Positions 1 through 8,958 of a DNA stretch of 25,567 bases are shown piece after piece. The position numbers and the translations under genes were made by a program. The DNA is taken from the IMG/VR virus record IMGVR_UViG_3300042326_000426, positions 1 through 25,567 of that record; one strand, written 5' to 3'. This stretch comes from a virus (Duplodnaviria; Caudoviricetes). Every line of letters begins with the position of its first letter. Position 1 is the stretch's first letter. Under the pieces are notes generated by a model. It worked only from the letters and a program-made list of their open reading frames with translations, made no database searches and was not told where the DNA came from.

Positions 1-260
1 TCATCACCTTTAACAATACCATCTAGGTATTCTTTAAAGTCAGGATATTCGTTTGCTCTATTTGCTTTAACTAGGTTTAATCTTTCAACTTCATTAGCTT
101 GTGCTTCAAAAGCATCTAATTGTGCCATTGTAGGTTTAGGAATATCAAGATTCCATTCTTTAATGTAAGCACCATTACCATCATCTTGAAGTTTAACTTC
201 ATTTAAGAAATCTACTTTTTTGTTTGTGTATAGTTTTATTTTAGTTGAAAGTTGTGTCAT
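1..260 (-). CDS. Small fibre-partner / tail fibre assembly-like protein (XkdW-like), 3' end outside the window
   Basis: Not in the ORF track. Read manually from ATG at 260: MTQLSTKIKLYTNKKVDFLNEVKLQDDGNGAYIKEWNLDIPKPTMAQLDAFEAQ...RANEYPDFKEYLD. The W..KPT and R..YP...LD motifs are shared with the 1124-1423 partner. Confidence 0.7.
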   Translation of the reverse strand, partial: MTQLSTKIKLYTNKKVDFLNEVKLQDDGNGAYIKEWNLDIPKPTMAQLDAFEAQANEVERLNLVKANRANEYPDFKEYLDGIVKGD

Positions 261-262
261 AA

Positions 263-1123
263 TTATTCTATTAGTTTAAATCCATAAAAAAATGTAGAAC
301 CATCAGATTGAACAGTTCTACTAGCTCCTCTACCATGAAAAAAAAATACTTCAATATAATCTGTTGCTACTAAATCTAAAATAGTTGTTTGTTGCAATGA
401 ACCATCACTAGAACCTAAATCATTATAGGTATAATTAATACCACTTCCATTTTTATATAATCTAAGATAACTTGTTGAACCAGCATCCGATATACCAACT
501 TGTGTTCCTATTAAATATTTTCCACCTTGACCAGAAGGTACAGTAAATCTGTAATTTGTTGAATTATCATAAGCAGAAGCTGTATCAAAATCCTCATCAT
601 TAAATTGTATTTTTGTATATGTTGCATTAGGAATACTTTGACCAGTTGTTCCTCTTCTAACTTTAAAATTTGGAGTATTAGTTCCACCAATACCAGATAC
701 AAAATTAGTTCTAGTCATTTTTCTTAATGCACTAGCACTATCGTCATAGATTAAAACACTATCTCCACCAGCAATAGAAGTTTCTGCTGTTGCACCAGTA
801 ATTAAATTAGAAGTTACTTTTGCAAAACCTACTGTTGCATCGCTAGGAGTACCTATATTTAATACATCACCTAATACTAAAATAAAATCTATTGAATCTG
901 CAGATGTTAAAGCATCTGAGAATACTATTGTTGAACCTGATATTGTATAAGCTGAAGTTGGCGATTGAATAACACCATTTAAAGATACGATACAGTTGTT
1001 TGCAGTTTGTGGAAAATACGCAACTCCACCATTTAATAAATTGTATGTAGCTGTAGCCGATGTTGTAATAGCATCTAGCTTTACAAAATTTCCTACAACT
1101 GGTTGTTTGCCGATATAAGCCAT
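263..1123 (-). CDS. Short tail fibre / virion adhesin-like protein with C1q-like C-terminal domain
   Basis: MAYIGKQP N-terminus; SLNGVIQSP..AYTISGSTIVF segment; C-terminal KIQFNDEDFDTASAYD..YRFTVP..GKYLI..YIEVF..FYGFKL is typical of C1q/TNF-like beta-sandwich tips. Confidence 0.65.
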   Translation of the reverse strand: MAYIGKQPVVGNFVKLDAITTSATATYNLLNGGVAYFPQTANNCIVSLNGVIQSPTSAYTISGSTIVFSDALTSADSIDFILVLGDVLNIGTPSDATVGFAKVTSNLITGATAETSIAGGDSVLIYDDSASALRKMTRTNFVSGIGGTNTPNFKVRRGTTGQSIPNATYTKIQFNDEDFDTASAYDNSTNYRFTVPSGQGGKYLIGTQVGISDAGSTSYLRLYKNGSGINYTYNDLGSSDGSLQQTTILDLVATDYIEVFFFHGRGASRTVQSDGSTFFYGFKLIE

Positions 1124-1423
1124 CTATTTTGGATATTTCTGTTTAACTGCATTAATGGCTTGTTGCCATTTATTAGTGCCATTAATCTTATCCCAATACT
1201 GCATATCTAATTGCTCTTGTATTGATGGATAGTCTTTGGCTCTATCTCTTTGGTATTGATTAGAATTATATTCTGTAATTAGTTCTTGTTGCTTAGCTAG
1301 TATTTCATTTGCAGGAATTGGTGTAGTTCCATTTTCCCAAACTAAAGTATTAATATCATCAGCAGATATAGAAACTTGTGCTGTTGGATTTATTGCTAGT
1401 ATTGATTTAATTATTGTTGTCAT
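1124..1423 (-). CDS. Small fibre-partner / tail fibre assembly-like protein
   Basis: YQRDRAKDYPSIQEQLDMQYWD...W..AINAVKQKYPK motif; directly follows a fibre-like gene. Confidence 0.6.
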   Translation of the reverse strand: MTTIIKSILAINPTAQVSISADDINTLVWENGTTPIPANEILAKQQELITEYNSNQYQRDRAKDYPSIQEQLDMQYWDKINGTNKWQQAINAVKQKYPK

Positions 1424-1424
1424 G

Positions 1425-1937
1425 TTATCCTGCTATTTCAAATGCTGTTAAAGATGATCTTTCTCCTCTATTAATAGAAGTAGTTCCAGAACTTTGTGAT
1501 CTTGCATATACTTGATATGTTAAAGCTGAAGTGCTACTTGGACTGTCTAAATAATTTATTGCTATATTCATAATAGTATCTCCTGTTCCATTTTGAATTT
1601 TAACTAAACCATCAGCAGTACCAAGATTTGTTGCATCTCTATAAATTGTATAAGTAGAATCATAACCAGAAGAATTGTTAGATCCTGAAAAATTAGCTAT
1701 TAAAAAAACTTTATTACTTGCTGATGATGGAGTAATAGAAACAGACAATGTATTTGAAGCTGTAACAAAACTTGTTGATGTTGTAGTTCTGTTAGTAGTG
1801 TCAGTAGCAGTAATTACTTGCAATACTTTACCTACACCAGTTAGTTTAGTTCCAGCTATAGCAGCACTAGCATTAATATCGGCATTAACTATTGTGCCAT
1901 CAGTTATTCCTAGTGATTGTATTCTTGTTAGTGGCAT
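1425..1937 (-). CDS. Short tail fibre-like virion protein
   Basis: DGTIVNADINASAAI stalk motif, then GKVLQV...SVSITPSSASNKV...DSPSSTSALTYQV...LTAFEIAG beta-rich tip. Confidence 0.6.
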   Translation of the reverse strand: MPLTRIQSLGITDGTIVNADINASAAIAGTKLTGVGKVLQVITATDTTNRTTTSTSFVTASNTLSVSITPSSASNKVFLIANFSGSNNSSGYDSTYTIYRDATNLGTADGLVKIQNGTGDTIMNIAINYLDSPSSTSALTYQVYARSQSSGTTSINRGERSSLTAFEIAG

Positions 1938-2009
1938 TATTAAATTCCTTTTATAATTTTATTGTTAGTCTTTACAAGTAATTTAATAATGAAGTCTAGC
2001 GACAGCATA

Positions 2010-2324
2010 CTATTTCCCCAGTATTGAGTTAATCTCAGCATCATTCAAACCTAATGCTTTAAGTTTGTTTAGTGCTGATTGTTTGTTAGCAAGTTCTGTA
2101 GCAATCTTTTGTTCATGTTCATTTTGTAATTGAGTAATTCTATTTTCTAATTCTTGTTTAGTAGGTTTAATTGCACCTTCTTTAATAACAATAGTATGTT
2201 CCCAGCACATTCTTTGATCGTTAGGAATTTTATCTCCATTATCATCATGCGTTCTCCAACCATACCAGTTAGGAGTATCTAAATTAAAACTATGTAATGC
2301 TTCTTGTAACCAATCTCTATTCAT
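2010..2324 (-). CDS. Small fibre-partner protein
   Basis: KPTKQELENRITQLQ and KQSALNKLKALGLNDAEINSIL motifs; follows fibre-like gene 2326-2946. Confidence 0.55.
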   Translation of the reverse strand: MNRDWLQEALHSFNLDTPNWYGWRTHDDNGDKIPNDQRMCWEHTIVIKEGAIKPTKQELENRITQLQNEHEQKIATELANKQSALNKLKALGLNDAEINSILGK

Positions 2325-2325
2325 T

Positions 2326-2946
2326 TTATGTATCTCCTAGTCTAATAAATGATGCGTAAGTTCTATTAATAGTAGTAGTGCCTTCATAAGTAACAGAGCC
2401 AGATGCTGCTATATTAAATTCAACTTTAATATTTGTAGTATTTGTAACATCTAATAAAAATGAACCAGATAATTGAGCATAAGCATCTTGAGCATAAATC
2501 CCACCAAAAGATTCTGTTGCTGTGCTAAAATTTGAGCCACCATCTGTAGATACCATTATATAAATTCCAACATATAATCTTGCTCCAGAAGTACCAGTAA
2601 CAAAAGAATTAATATTTACTAAATAAATTCCAGTTGAAGGAAAACTAAATCTACCAGAACTTTCTGTCATACCTGTTCCTATTATTCCAGGTGAATCAGT
2701 ATCTATTCTTTCCCAATTTGCTGTTATTACCCCACTGCTTCCAACTAAATTTGTATTTATTCTCCATTGATCTGCTTCTGTAATTCCAAATGAACCAGAT
2801 AATTTAGTAGATACAATAGCCGCACTTGCATTAATGTCTGCATTAACAATAGTACCATCTACAATCTTTGCAGATGTTATAATACCATCAGCTATATCCG
2901 CAGAAGTTAAAGGTACTGCAGAAGGTTTATTTCCTATAAAAGGCAT
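2326..2946 (-). CDS. Short tail fibre-like virion protein
   Basis: MPFIGNKP start; DGIITSAKIVDGTIVNADINASAAI repeat; GITEADQWR...GMTESSGRFSFPSTGIYLV...FIRLGDT tip. Confidence 0.6.
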   Translation of the reverse strand: MPFIGNKPSAVPLTSADIADGIITSAKIVDGTIVNADINASAAIVSTKLSGSFGITEADQWRINTNLVGSSGVITANWERIDTDSPGIIGTGMTESSGRFSFPSTGIYLVNINSFVTGTSGARLYVGIYIMVSTDGGSNFSTATESFGGIYAQDAYAQLSGSFLLDVTNTTNIKVEFNIAASGSVTYEGTTTINRTYASFIRLGDT

Positions 2947-2959
2947 AATTAATTTCCTA

Positions 2960-3286
2960 TTATGAACTTATATCATCAACTACAGAAACCCAAACGTCTA
3001 ATGATGAAGCTGTGTCTGAAATTATTTTAAGTGCATCTCCAGATTGCATAACAAACTTAGCACCACCATCTAAAACTTGTAATGATGAACCTGCTGGGAT
3101 TGGAGCTGACTTTACTAAATAAATATCGTTAGAACCATCGTTAATATAAACATCTGCATTAACCGCAGAAGCTGTAATATTAGCAACTGATATTCCTACA
3201 ACTGTATCGTATGAGTTAGCTGTGAAAGATGTAACAGCAGATGTGCCTACGTTATTGTTTGTGTATCTTCTAAAATTTTGTGCCAT
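2960..3286 (-). CDS. Conserved virion/tail-associated protein
   Basis: 108 aa, beta-rich (LVKSAPIPAGSSLQVL..KFVMQSGDALKI..SLDVWVS); downstream of the tail fibre; ATAGGAAA RBS. Confidence 0.55.
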   Translation of the reverse strand: MAQNFRRYTNNNVGTSAVTSFTANSYDTVVGISVANITASAVNADVYINDGSNDIYLVKSAPIPAGSSLQVLDGGAKFVMQSGDALKIISDTASSLDVWVSVVDDISS

Positions 3287-3314
3287 ATTTTATTTCCTAT
3301 TATATTATTTGTTA

Positions 3315-5021
3315 CTATAAAGCAATTGACATAGCAATCGCAAAACCATTACTTGCTTTACTATCTATTTGAGTTTGAATAGCTGAAGTTACACCATTCA
3401 AATAACCAAATTCTGTATTATCTACTGTACCTGTTCCAATCTTAGTTGCAGCTATTGAATTAACTGCAAGTGATATTGTACCAGAAGAAGTTATTGGACT
3501 TCCTGTTACTGTAAATTCTGAAGATCCTGAATCAGCTACTGCTACAGATGTTACTGTACCACCTGAGCTTGGGAATACTTGTGTATATGAAATAGAACTA
3601 GAACCAAGTGTAGCACTTGTGTCTGTAGTACATAAAAATAAATCATCAGCATGAGTAGTACCTTCTGATACTAAAATTAACTGTCCAGCAATTTCTGATA
3701 TTATATCAAATTCTGTATCTCTTGAAGCAGCTCCTGAAGCTACAACAATATATAAACCATTTTGAGATGCAGTAGATTGATCTTTTAATAAAACTCTATT
3801 TCCTGTTACTAATGTAACACCATCTAAAGTATCACCATTTTCTAATCCTGTAGAAATATTAACATTTGCAGTAGAAGCAACTCTAGCAATAACTCTTGTT
3901 CTAAGACCAGTAACTAAATTATCAACATAATTTTTAGTAGCAGCTTCAGAAGAAGATGACGGATCACCTAATCCTGTAATTGTTCCACCAGTTAAAGCTA
4001 CGTTGTTAGCATTTTGAGTTGCTATAGTTCCTAATCCTAATGTTGTTCTTTGAGTAGATGCATCAGCATCATCAAGTAATGCTTTACCAGCAGTTGTTAA
4101 ATCAAATACTGCAGCTGTTCCTGATCCTGTAAATTGAATACCTTTGTCAGCGGCAGAAGTTAATCCAGCGATTGCTGCAAGTTCAGCATCATATGCTTGT
4201 ACGTTTGTACCAATAGCTAAACCTAAATTAGTTCTAGCAGTAGATGTAGAAGATACATCAGATAAATTATTTGAAGCTGTAAGTTTAGTTCCAAGTTGCG
4301 TTTGAATAGCACTTGTTACTCCTGATACATAACCTAGTTCAGTATCTGTAACTGTTGATACAGCAATCTTTCCAGATGAATTAGATATAGCAGCTCTACT
4401 AGCAGTTAAGTCAGAAGTTACTACGGTTGTAGCAGCACCTGTTATTGTAGCTTGTTTAGCATCTATTTGTGTTTGTATTGCAGATGTAACTCCATCAAGA
4501 TATGAAAATTCTAAATTAGATACTGCACCACCGCCAATTTTAGTTGCGTCAATTGCAGCTGCTGCTGCGACTTTAGCATTAGTAATAACTAGTTCTGGTA
4601 TTGAATCTCCAGTTTTAGATAATGCAGCAACATAAATAACTACTGCTTCGTTAGCTAATGAACCACTATCCCATGTTACTGTTACAGTTGTATTAGTTGA
4701 AAATGTAGTTGCACTTATTGTTCCATAGATAGTTCCTGGAGTTGTAGCTATTGCTTTAACTCTACGACCTACATGATAAAAACTTGTAACATCTACACCA
4801 GCTACTGTGAATGAAGTTGCTGAAGCATAAGTAATAGTAAATCCATTATCTCCATCTCCATAAATAACCCATTGAGAATCGTTATACCATTCTCTAATTT
4901 CTGCAGCTAATCCTCTAAAAGCATTATTAATATTAGAAGGTAACATTCCTTCTGCAACACTAATTGAACCTATTGTAGTATTACTTGATGCTGTTGTGCT
5001 GTAATCTTTAATTCCTGCCAT
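3315..5021 (-). CDS. Long tail fibre protein
   Basis: 568 aa, Ser/Thr/Ala/Gly-rich; N-terminal EGMLPSNINNAFR anchor; ARTNLGL, AATKNYVD and DGVTLVTGNRVLLKDQSTASQNGLY fibre motifs; three internal E(F/L)xYxxGVTSAIQTQ repeats. Confidence 0.75.
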   Translation of the reverse strand: MAGIKDYSTTASSNTTIGSISVAEGMLPSNINNAFRGLAAEIREWYNDSQWVIYGDGDNGFTITYASATSFTVAGVDVTSFYHVGRRVKAIATTPGTIYGTISATTFSTNTTVTVTWDSGSLANEAVVIYVAALSKTGDSIPELVITNAKVAAAAAIDATKIGGGAVSNLEFSYLDGVTSAIQTQIDAKQATITGAATTVVTSDLTASRAAISNSSGKIAVSTVTDTELGYVSGVTSAIQTQLGTKLTASNNLSDVSSTSTARTNLGLAIGTNVQAYDAELAAIAGLTSAADKGIQFTGSGTAAVFDLTTAGKALLDDADASTQRTTLGLGTIATQNANNVALTGGTITGLGDPSSSSEAATKNYVDNLVTGLRTRVIARVASTANVNISTGLENGDTLDGVTLVTGNRVLLKDQSTASQNGLYIVVASGAASRDTEFDIISEIAGQLILVSEGTTHADDLFLCTTDTSATLGSSSISYTQVFPSSGGTVTSVAVADSGSSEFTVTGSPITSSGTISLAVNSIAATKIGTGTVDNTEFGYLNGVTSAIQTQIDSKASNGFAIAMSIAL

Positions 5022-5022
5022 A

Positions 5023-5178
5023 TTAATCTCCTATGAACCATGAGAAAACTTTATCGTTTTCTGTATTGAATTTGTTTATATATGTATTTACCGCTTCTTC
5101 AAGTTGTCTTTGAAAGTATTCTTGCGTCTCAAATGAATACCTAACATTATCTATATCTTTTTCAACAACTTCTACCAT
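5023..5178 (-). CDS. Small hypothetical protein in the tail module (51 aa)
   Basis: Not in the ORF track. MVEVVEKDIDNVRYSFETQEYFQRQLEEAVNTYINKFNTENDKVFSWFIGD; TAATG overlap with the upstream gene; fills the gap exactly. Confidence 0.75.
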   Translation of the reverse strand: MVEVVEKDIDNVRYSFETQEYFQRQLEEAVNTYINKFNTENDKVFSWFIGD

Positions 5179-6989
5179 TATCTATATCCTGCTCTACTTG
5201 CTACAAGATCTATACCTTGAGCATGATTCCAATTTGTTCCTGATGCTATCTTAACATTAGCTCTAACATATCTTCCTGATTGTCTTACAGGATTAATACC
5301 ACTATTGGTCATAGTAGAACTTGAAGATTCTGTTTCTGTATCTGCAAGACGTTCTCTTGTTTTAACCGTAACTGTTGCTGTCGCATCTACAATGGGTCTA
5401 ACACCAGTAATATTTGCTCTTGTTCCTGGAAATACTTCTTGCTCTGATGTTTCTATTTCAAATTCTAATTGATTACCAGAAAAGATTGCTGCTTTATAAT
5501 CATTAGTAATACCACCTAAATATAACTGTCCACCAGACCAGAAATCTGAGTCTAATGCAATATTAATATCTTCTAAGTTTTGAGATATAATATCCATTAA
5601 TTCAACAGTATAAGCTCCAACAAATTGTGAAAATATTTGGCTAGCATTAGCTTCTGCTAAAGACCATTTTTGAGTTGCGTAATTATAAATTAAAATTCTA
5701 TCACAAATACCAGTTGTGTTATTTGTATTGTTTGCAGATGGGTATAACCACATCGCTAATTGATTAAATGGATCAACAGCTGCAACTATTCTATCTGTAA
5801 ATGCTTTATTTAAATTACCGTCAAAAAATCTATTAACTTTTTCAGCGCCGATTGCTATAATGTTATCTCCGTCTATTTGATAAAATCCATCATCAGCATA
5901 AAAGAATACTCTTCTATTATCTTGACAAATAGTTTTTCCATAAACTGCACCTCTGTTTGGAGAGATAACTGATAATCTAAATACAGTTGCTCCACCTACA
6001 AAGTCCATACGAATAATTTGGTTTTGTCTAAATACATAACCAATTTCGCCTGATGTAATTCCAACAACTCTTCCACCTGATCCTGGTAAATCTTGAAAGT
6101 CTGCTGATTTTGAACCTTCTGTCCAAGTTGAAATATCATTTATTCCAGACCATTGAATTCTATTTGTTGCTCCGGATATATTTCCTGTAACTAAAAAATC
6201 TCTAATAACTCCTGATACTCTAAATAATGGTGGACTTCCGTCTGTAGCAATAGTTGATAAATTTGCAAAGTTTGTTGATGTTCCCATTAAATAATATTGA
6301 GGGGCATTAACTCCATTGCTTGCTATAACGTAATTTCCAAATTGTGTGAATGTAATAAAATCTGTGTTAGTACCTGATAAAGGAGTACCACCAGTAAAGT
6401 TTGTAGTTGTTAATCTTACGGTATCAGTAGAAACAGTTGTTAAATTATCTCTGCCTACAGCACCTCTTGTTACTGTAACGACTGCACCAACTACAGTTGC
6501 AGAAAAATCTGCATGAGCATCAATAGTATTTTTTAAATTTGTAGCTGTAGTATTATTATCTGTTTGAACTTGAAATTCTAATGCACCAGGAGAACCAAGA
6601 GTAGAAGTAAATACTACTGACGTTCCATTATTTTTAGTTAAAGTAATTGTTTTGCCAGCAGTTATATTTGCATAATCAGAAACTGTAATTGTGCAAGTTG
6701 CGAATGAATTGTTTAAAAGAAATCCTGATGCGCCTACATCAGTAAATGCACCTGAGGTTAATTGGTAAATAGTATCGTTAGTTGCAATAAAATTAAAAAC
6801 AGTATTAGTATTGTCTCTGAATGAACCAGCACCCCTAGCGTCTGTTGCCATCGCATTAGAACTGTAAGACACCAAACTTTTAAATGGTTTATAACCTTGT
6901 AAAGCATAATAAACATTCTTAGCAACGTTTGCTCCTGGATTCAAGTGTTCAGGTTGATCTGGTAACCATTCACCAAAAGGTAATTGCAT
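5178..6989 (-). CDS. Tail nozzle / DNA stabilisation protein (P22 gp10-like, tail tubular B position)
   Basis: MQLPFGEWLPDQP start; beta-propeller-like FTQFGNYVIASNG, RIQWSGIND and FFYADDGFY segments; follows the adaptor gene. Confidence 0.7.
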   Translation of the reverse strand: MQLPFGEWLPDQPEHLNPGANVAKNVYYALQGYKPFKSLVSYSSNAMATDARGAGSFRDNTNTVFNFIATNDTIYQLTSGAFTDVGASGFLLNNSFATCTITVSDYANITAGKTITLTKNNGTSVVFTSTLGSPGALEFQVQTDNNTTATNLKNTIDAHADFSATVVGAVVTVTRGAVGRDNLTTVSTDTVRLTTTNFTGGTPLSGTNTDFITFTQFGNYVIASNGVNAPQYYLMGTSTNFANLSTIATDGSPPLFRVSGVIRDFLVTGNISGATNRIQWSGINDISTWTEGSKSADFQDLPGSGGRVVGITSGEIGYVFRQNQIIRMDFVGGATVFRLSVISPNRGAVYGKTICQDNRRVFFYADDGFYQIDGDNIIAIGAEKVNRFFDGNLNKAFTDRIVAAVDPFNQLAMWLYPSANNTNNTTGICDRILIYNYATQKWSLAEANASQIFSQFVGAYTVELMDIISQNLEDINIALDSDFWSGGQLYLGGITNDYKAAIFSGNQLEFEIETSEQEVFPGTRANITGVRPIVDATATVTVKTRERLADTETESSSSTMTNSGINPVRQSGRYVRANVKIASGTNWNHAQGIDLVASRAGYR

Positions 6990-6994
6990 ATTAA

Positions 6995-7666
6995 TTATTC
7001 ACTTACTGTTGTAACGAATCTTCTATTAAATGGAGATGATACGGTTACATCAGATCTAATTTGTAATGGCGATCCTGAAAACTGATCTTCTCTATCATTT
7101 AATTCAGCTCTTTCTAAAGCTGTTTGATACATTTGCGACCATTGTTGAGATTGATTTGGGTCAATACCACCAAGAAAATTACTTGCATGAAATAAACTTC
7201 CATACAAATAAATAGCTGGGTGATCTGTCAAAATATAATTGGAAGGGTTAGATACTGATAAAGCATCAAACTTTTTATAAAAATTTAATATGCCAGAATA
7301 AGAATCTGCTGGTCTTGGAGTAAATCTAAATGTTGATCCTAATATAGTATATGCTACTGGAAGCCCTGACATAGATGTTCCTTTAATAGAATCCATTTGA
7401 GGTGGGCTAAGATAATTCATTGCATACTTATCGTTGTTACTTAATATGTAAAAATCTCTTACTTGTAAAAATCCTGTTGGTGTGTTTTCTGTTTCTGAAT
7501 CAATTGTAATTGTTGTTTGACTATGCATCTGACGTATTCTTAATTTAGAATTAAAGTCAGCTTCGGCAAGAACAATAAAATCCTCAGCTATCTCTGAAGT
7601 TAAATCTGATCTGTTTAACCAATTAGCAATTGTTGATTTTAATTCTGTGTATGTTGAGAGTGCCAT
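6995..7666 (-). CDS. Head-tail adaptor (tail tubular protein A-like)
   Basis: YTELKSTIANWLNRSDLT..FIVLAEADFNSKLRIRQM and NYILTDHPAIYLYGSL motifs; synteny. Confidence 0.7.
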   Translation of the reverse strand: MALSTYTELKSTIANWLNRSDLTSEIAEDFIVLAEADFNSKLRIRQMHSQTTITIDSETENTPTGFLQVRDFYILSNNDKYAMNYLSPPQMDSIKGTSMSGLPVAYTILGSTFRFTPRPADSYSGILNFYKKFDALSVSNPSNYILTDHPAIYLYGSLFHASNFLGGIDPNQSQQWSQMYQTALERAELNDREDQFSGSPLQIRSDVTVSSPFNRRFVTTVSE

Positions 7667-7992
7667 TATAATCTACCTGGTGCTGTTCTAAAAAGTAAAA
7701 ATTCAGAACTGTTTAATTTTTTTTTCATTATTTTATTTTGAACATCTTTTGGCAATGCAAACCAATTATTACTTCCATTGTATTCTTTTGCCCAAATTTC
7801 TAAAACAAGTGTTGGAACTGAAGCAATTCTTTTTAAATCTCTTGATTTAGAATAACCAGAGTTATGAGTATATAATTTTTTATTATGCTCTACTATTGGT
7901 TTATAATCTAAATTTTTTTCAATAACTATTCCCTTATCATCTGAGTGATAGGTAGTAGTTACTAATCCTTCCTTCTCAACTATCTTATTCAT
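7666..7992 (-). CDS. Conserved hypothetical phage protein (head-tail region)
   Basis: KRIASVPTLVLEIWAKE...KKLNSSEFLLFRTAPGRL motif; TAATG coupling to the adaptor. Confidence 0.6.
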   Translation of the reverse strand: MNKIVEKEGLVTTTYHSDDKGIVIEKNLDYKPIVEHNKKLYTHNSGYSKSRDLKRIASVPTLVLEIWAKEYNGSNNWFALPKDVQNKIMKKKLNSSEFLLFRTAPGRL

Positions 7993-8020
7993 AGTCTAAC
8001 TTGTTTAAATATTATTTAAA

Positions 8021-8311
8021 CTATTTAGACATTTGACTAACAGAAGCAGTTCCATCAGCAGCACTTCTTATGAAAGAAATTTTCTGACCTGGATTTACTC
8101 TGATAATCTCAATTACGTTAGCTGGCAAATATGTATCACTAGATGTTGCAACTGGTGTACCTGCTATTTTATAAAAACAAGCTGTTGTAGCTGATAATCT
8201 TATATGGTTTATTCCTGCACCAAATGCAGCGCTAGCAGCAGCGGTTGCTGTATATGCTACGTTTTCATTTGATACTACTGCAAAAGCTGGATCTGTGCTA
8301 TTACCTGACAT
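8021..8311 (-). CDS. Hypothetical virion protein (96 aa, beta-rich)
   Basis: ORF track; GAGGAG RBS; located in the structural operon. Confidence 0.55.
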   Translation of the reverse strand: MSGNSTDPAFAVVSNENVAYTATAAASAAFGAGINHIRLSATTACFYKIAGTPVATSSDTYLPANVIEIIRVNPGQKISFIRSAADGTASVSQMSK

Positions 8312-8475
8312 TATTCGTTCTCCTCATCTTCATCATTAATATTTGTGTCATCATCGTCATCGTCTTGACAATTTTCACACTCCTTGTTTGATTGTTCGTA
8401 TCTTAAATCTTCTAAGAGATCAATGATACTATCAATTTTATCATCTAAACTTAATTGTTTTCTTTTTTTAACCAT
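8311..8475 (-). CDS. Small protein with basic N-terminus, CxxC and acidic tail (54 aa)
   Basis: Not in the ORF track. MVKKRKQLSLDDKIDSIIDLLEDLRYEQSNKECENCQDDDDDDTNINDEDEENE; CGGAGA RBS; TAATG overlap with the next gene. Confidence 0.75.
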   Translation of the reverse strand: MVKKRKQLSLDDKIDSIIDLLEDLRYEQSNKECENCQDDDDDDTNINDEDEENE

Positions 8476-8493
8476 TTGTTTCTCCGTAGTTAA

Positions 8494-8515
8494 ATGGGGA
8501 TATTGCTACCCCCAC
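8494..8515 (-). terminator. Stem-loop with GCAA tetraloop (weak terminator or mRNA stability hairpin)
   Basis: GTGGGGGTA-GCAA-TATCCCCAT just after the stop of 8521-8868; only a short U tract follows. Confidence 0.55.
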
Positions 8516-8520
8516 TATAA

Positions 8521-8868
8521 TTATCTTCTTATAATAACTGTTATGTCTAGTGGTTGAGTCGTTGAAGATCCACCATCAGATGTAATAGTTATATATTGAC
8601 CTTCTGTAACATTGTTAAGTGCTGTTGGTTCAGCAGTATCAATATCTCCAGCAGCTGAGCTTGTATGAGCAACTGTAAATCCACCACCTGTTACAGTAGT
8701 TCCATTTATAGCAGTCGTTACAGCAGAGTTAGCTGTTGTAATTGCTCCACCTAATACAGAAATAATTTTAATAATTTTTCCATCATCAGGTACAGCAATG
8801 TTAACTGAACTAGCAGCAGACACATCGTCTAATCTAGCAGTTAAAAAGTAGTCATTAAGTGTTCGCAT
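8521..8868 (-). CDS. Putative capsid decoration / minor capsid protein
   Basis: 115 aa, Thr/Ala/Gly-rich beta protein directly after the MCP and bracketed by hairpins. Confidence 0.5.
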   Translation of the reverse strand: MRTLNDYFLTARLDDVSAASSVNIAVPDDGKIIKIISVLGGAITTANSAVTTAINGTTVTGGGFTVAHTSSAAGDIDTAEPTALNNVTEGQYITITSDGGSSTTQPLDITVIIRR

Positions 8869-8930
8869 TTTTTTTCCTATGTTTGCTTCGTTCCGTCTTT
8901 AGACTTCAAAGACCAAACAAAATTGTTTGT

Positions 8931-8958
8931 TCATGGGGGAGACTATTCCCCCCCATGA
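8931..8958 (-). terminator. Strong stem-loop downstream of the major capsid gene
   Basis: TCATGGGGGGGA-ATAG-TCTCCCCCATGA, 12-bp stem with one G-U pair; no canonical U tract. Confidence 0.6.

Noticed and set aside
338-346. A9 run (T9 on the coding strand) in the C1q-like fibre tip as a phase-variation or frameshift site
   Set aside because: In frame (VFFFH), close to the C-terminus, and A/T runs of this length are expected in AT-rich DNA.
1-2946. Diversity-generating retroelement or invertible shufflon acting on the fibre array
   Set aside because: No reverse transcriptase or invertase in the window, all cassettes are co-oriented, and no near-identical template/variable repeat pair was seen.
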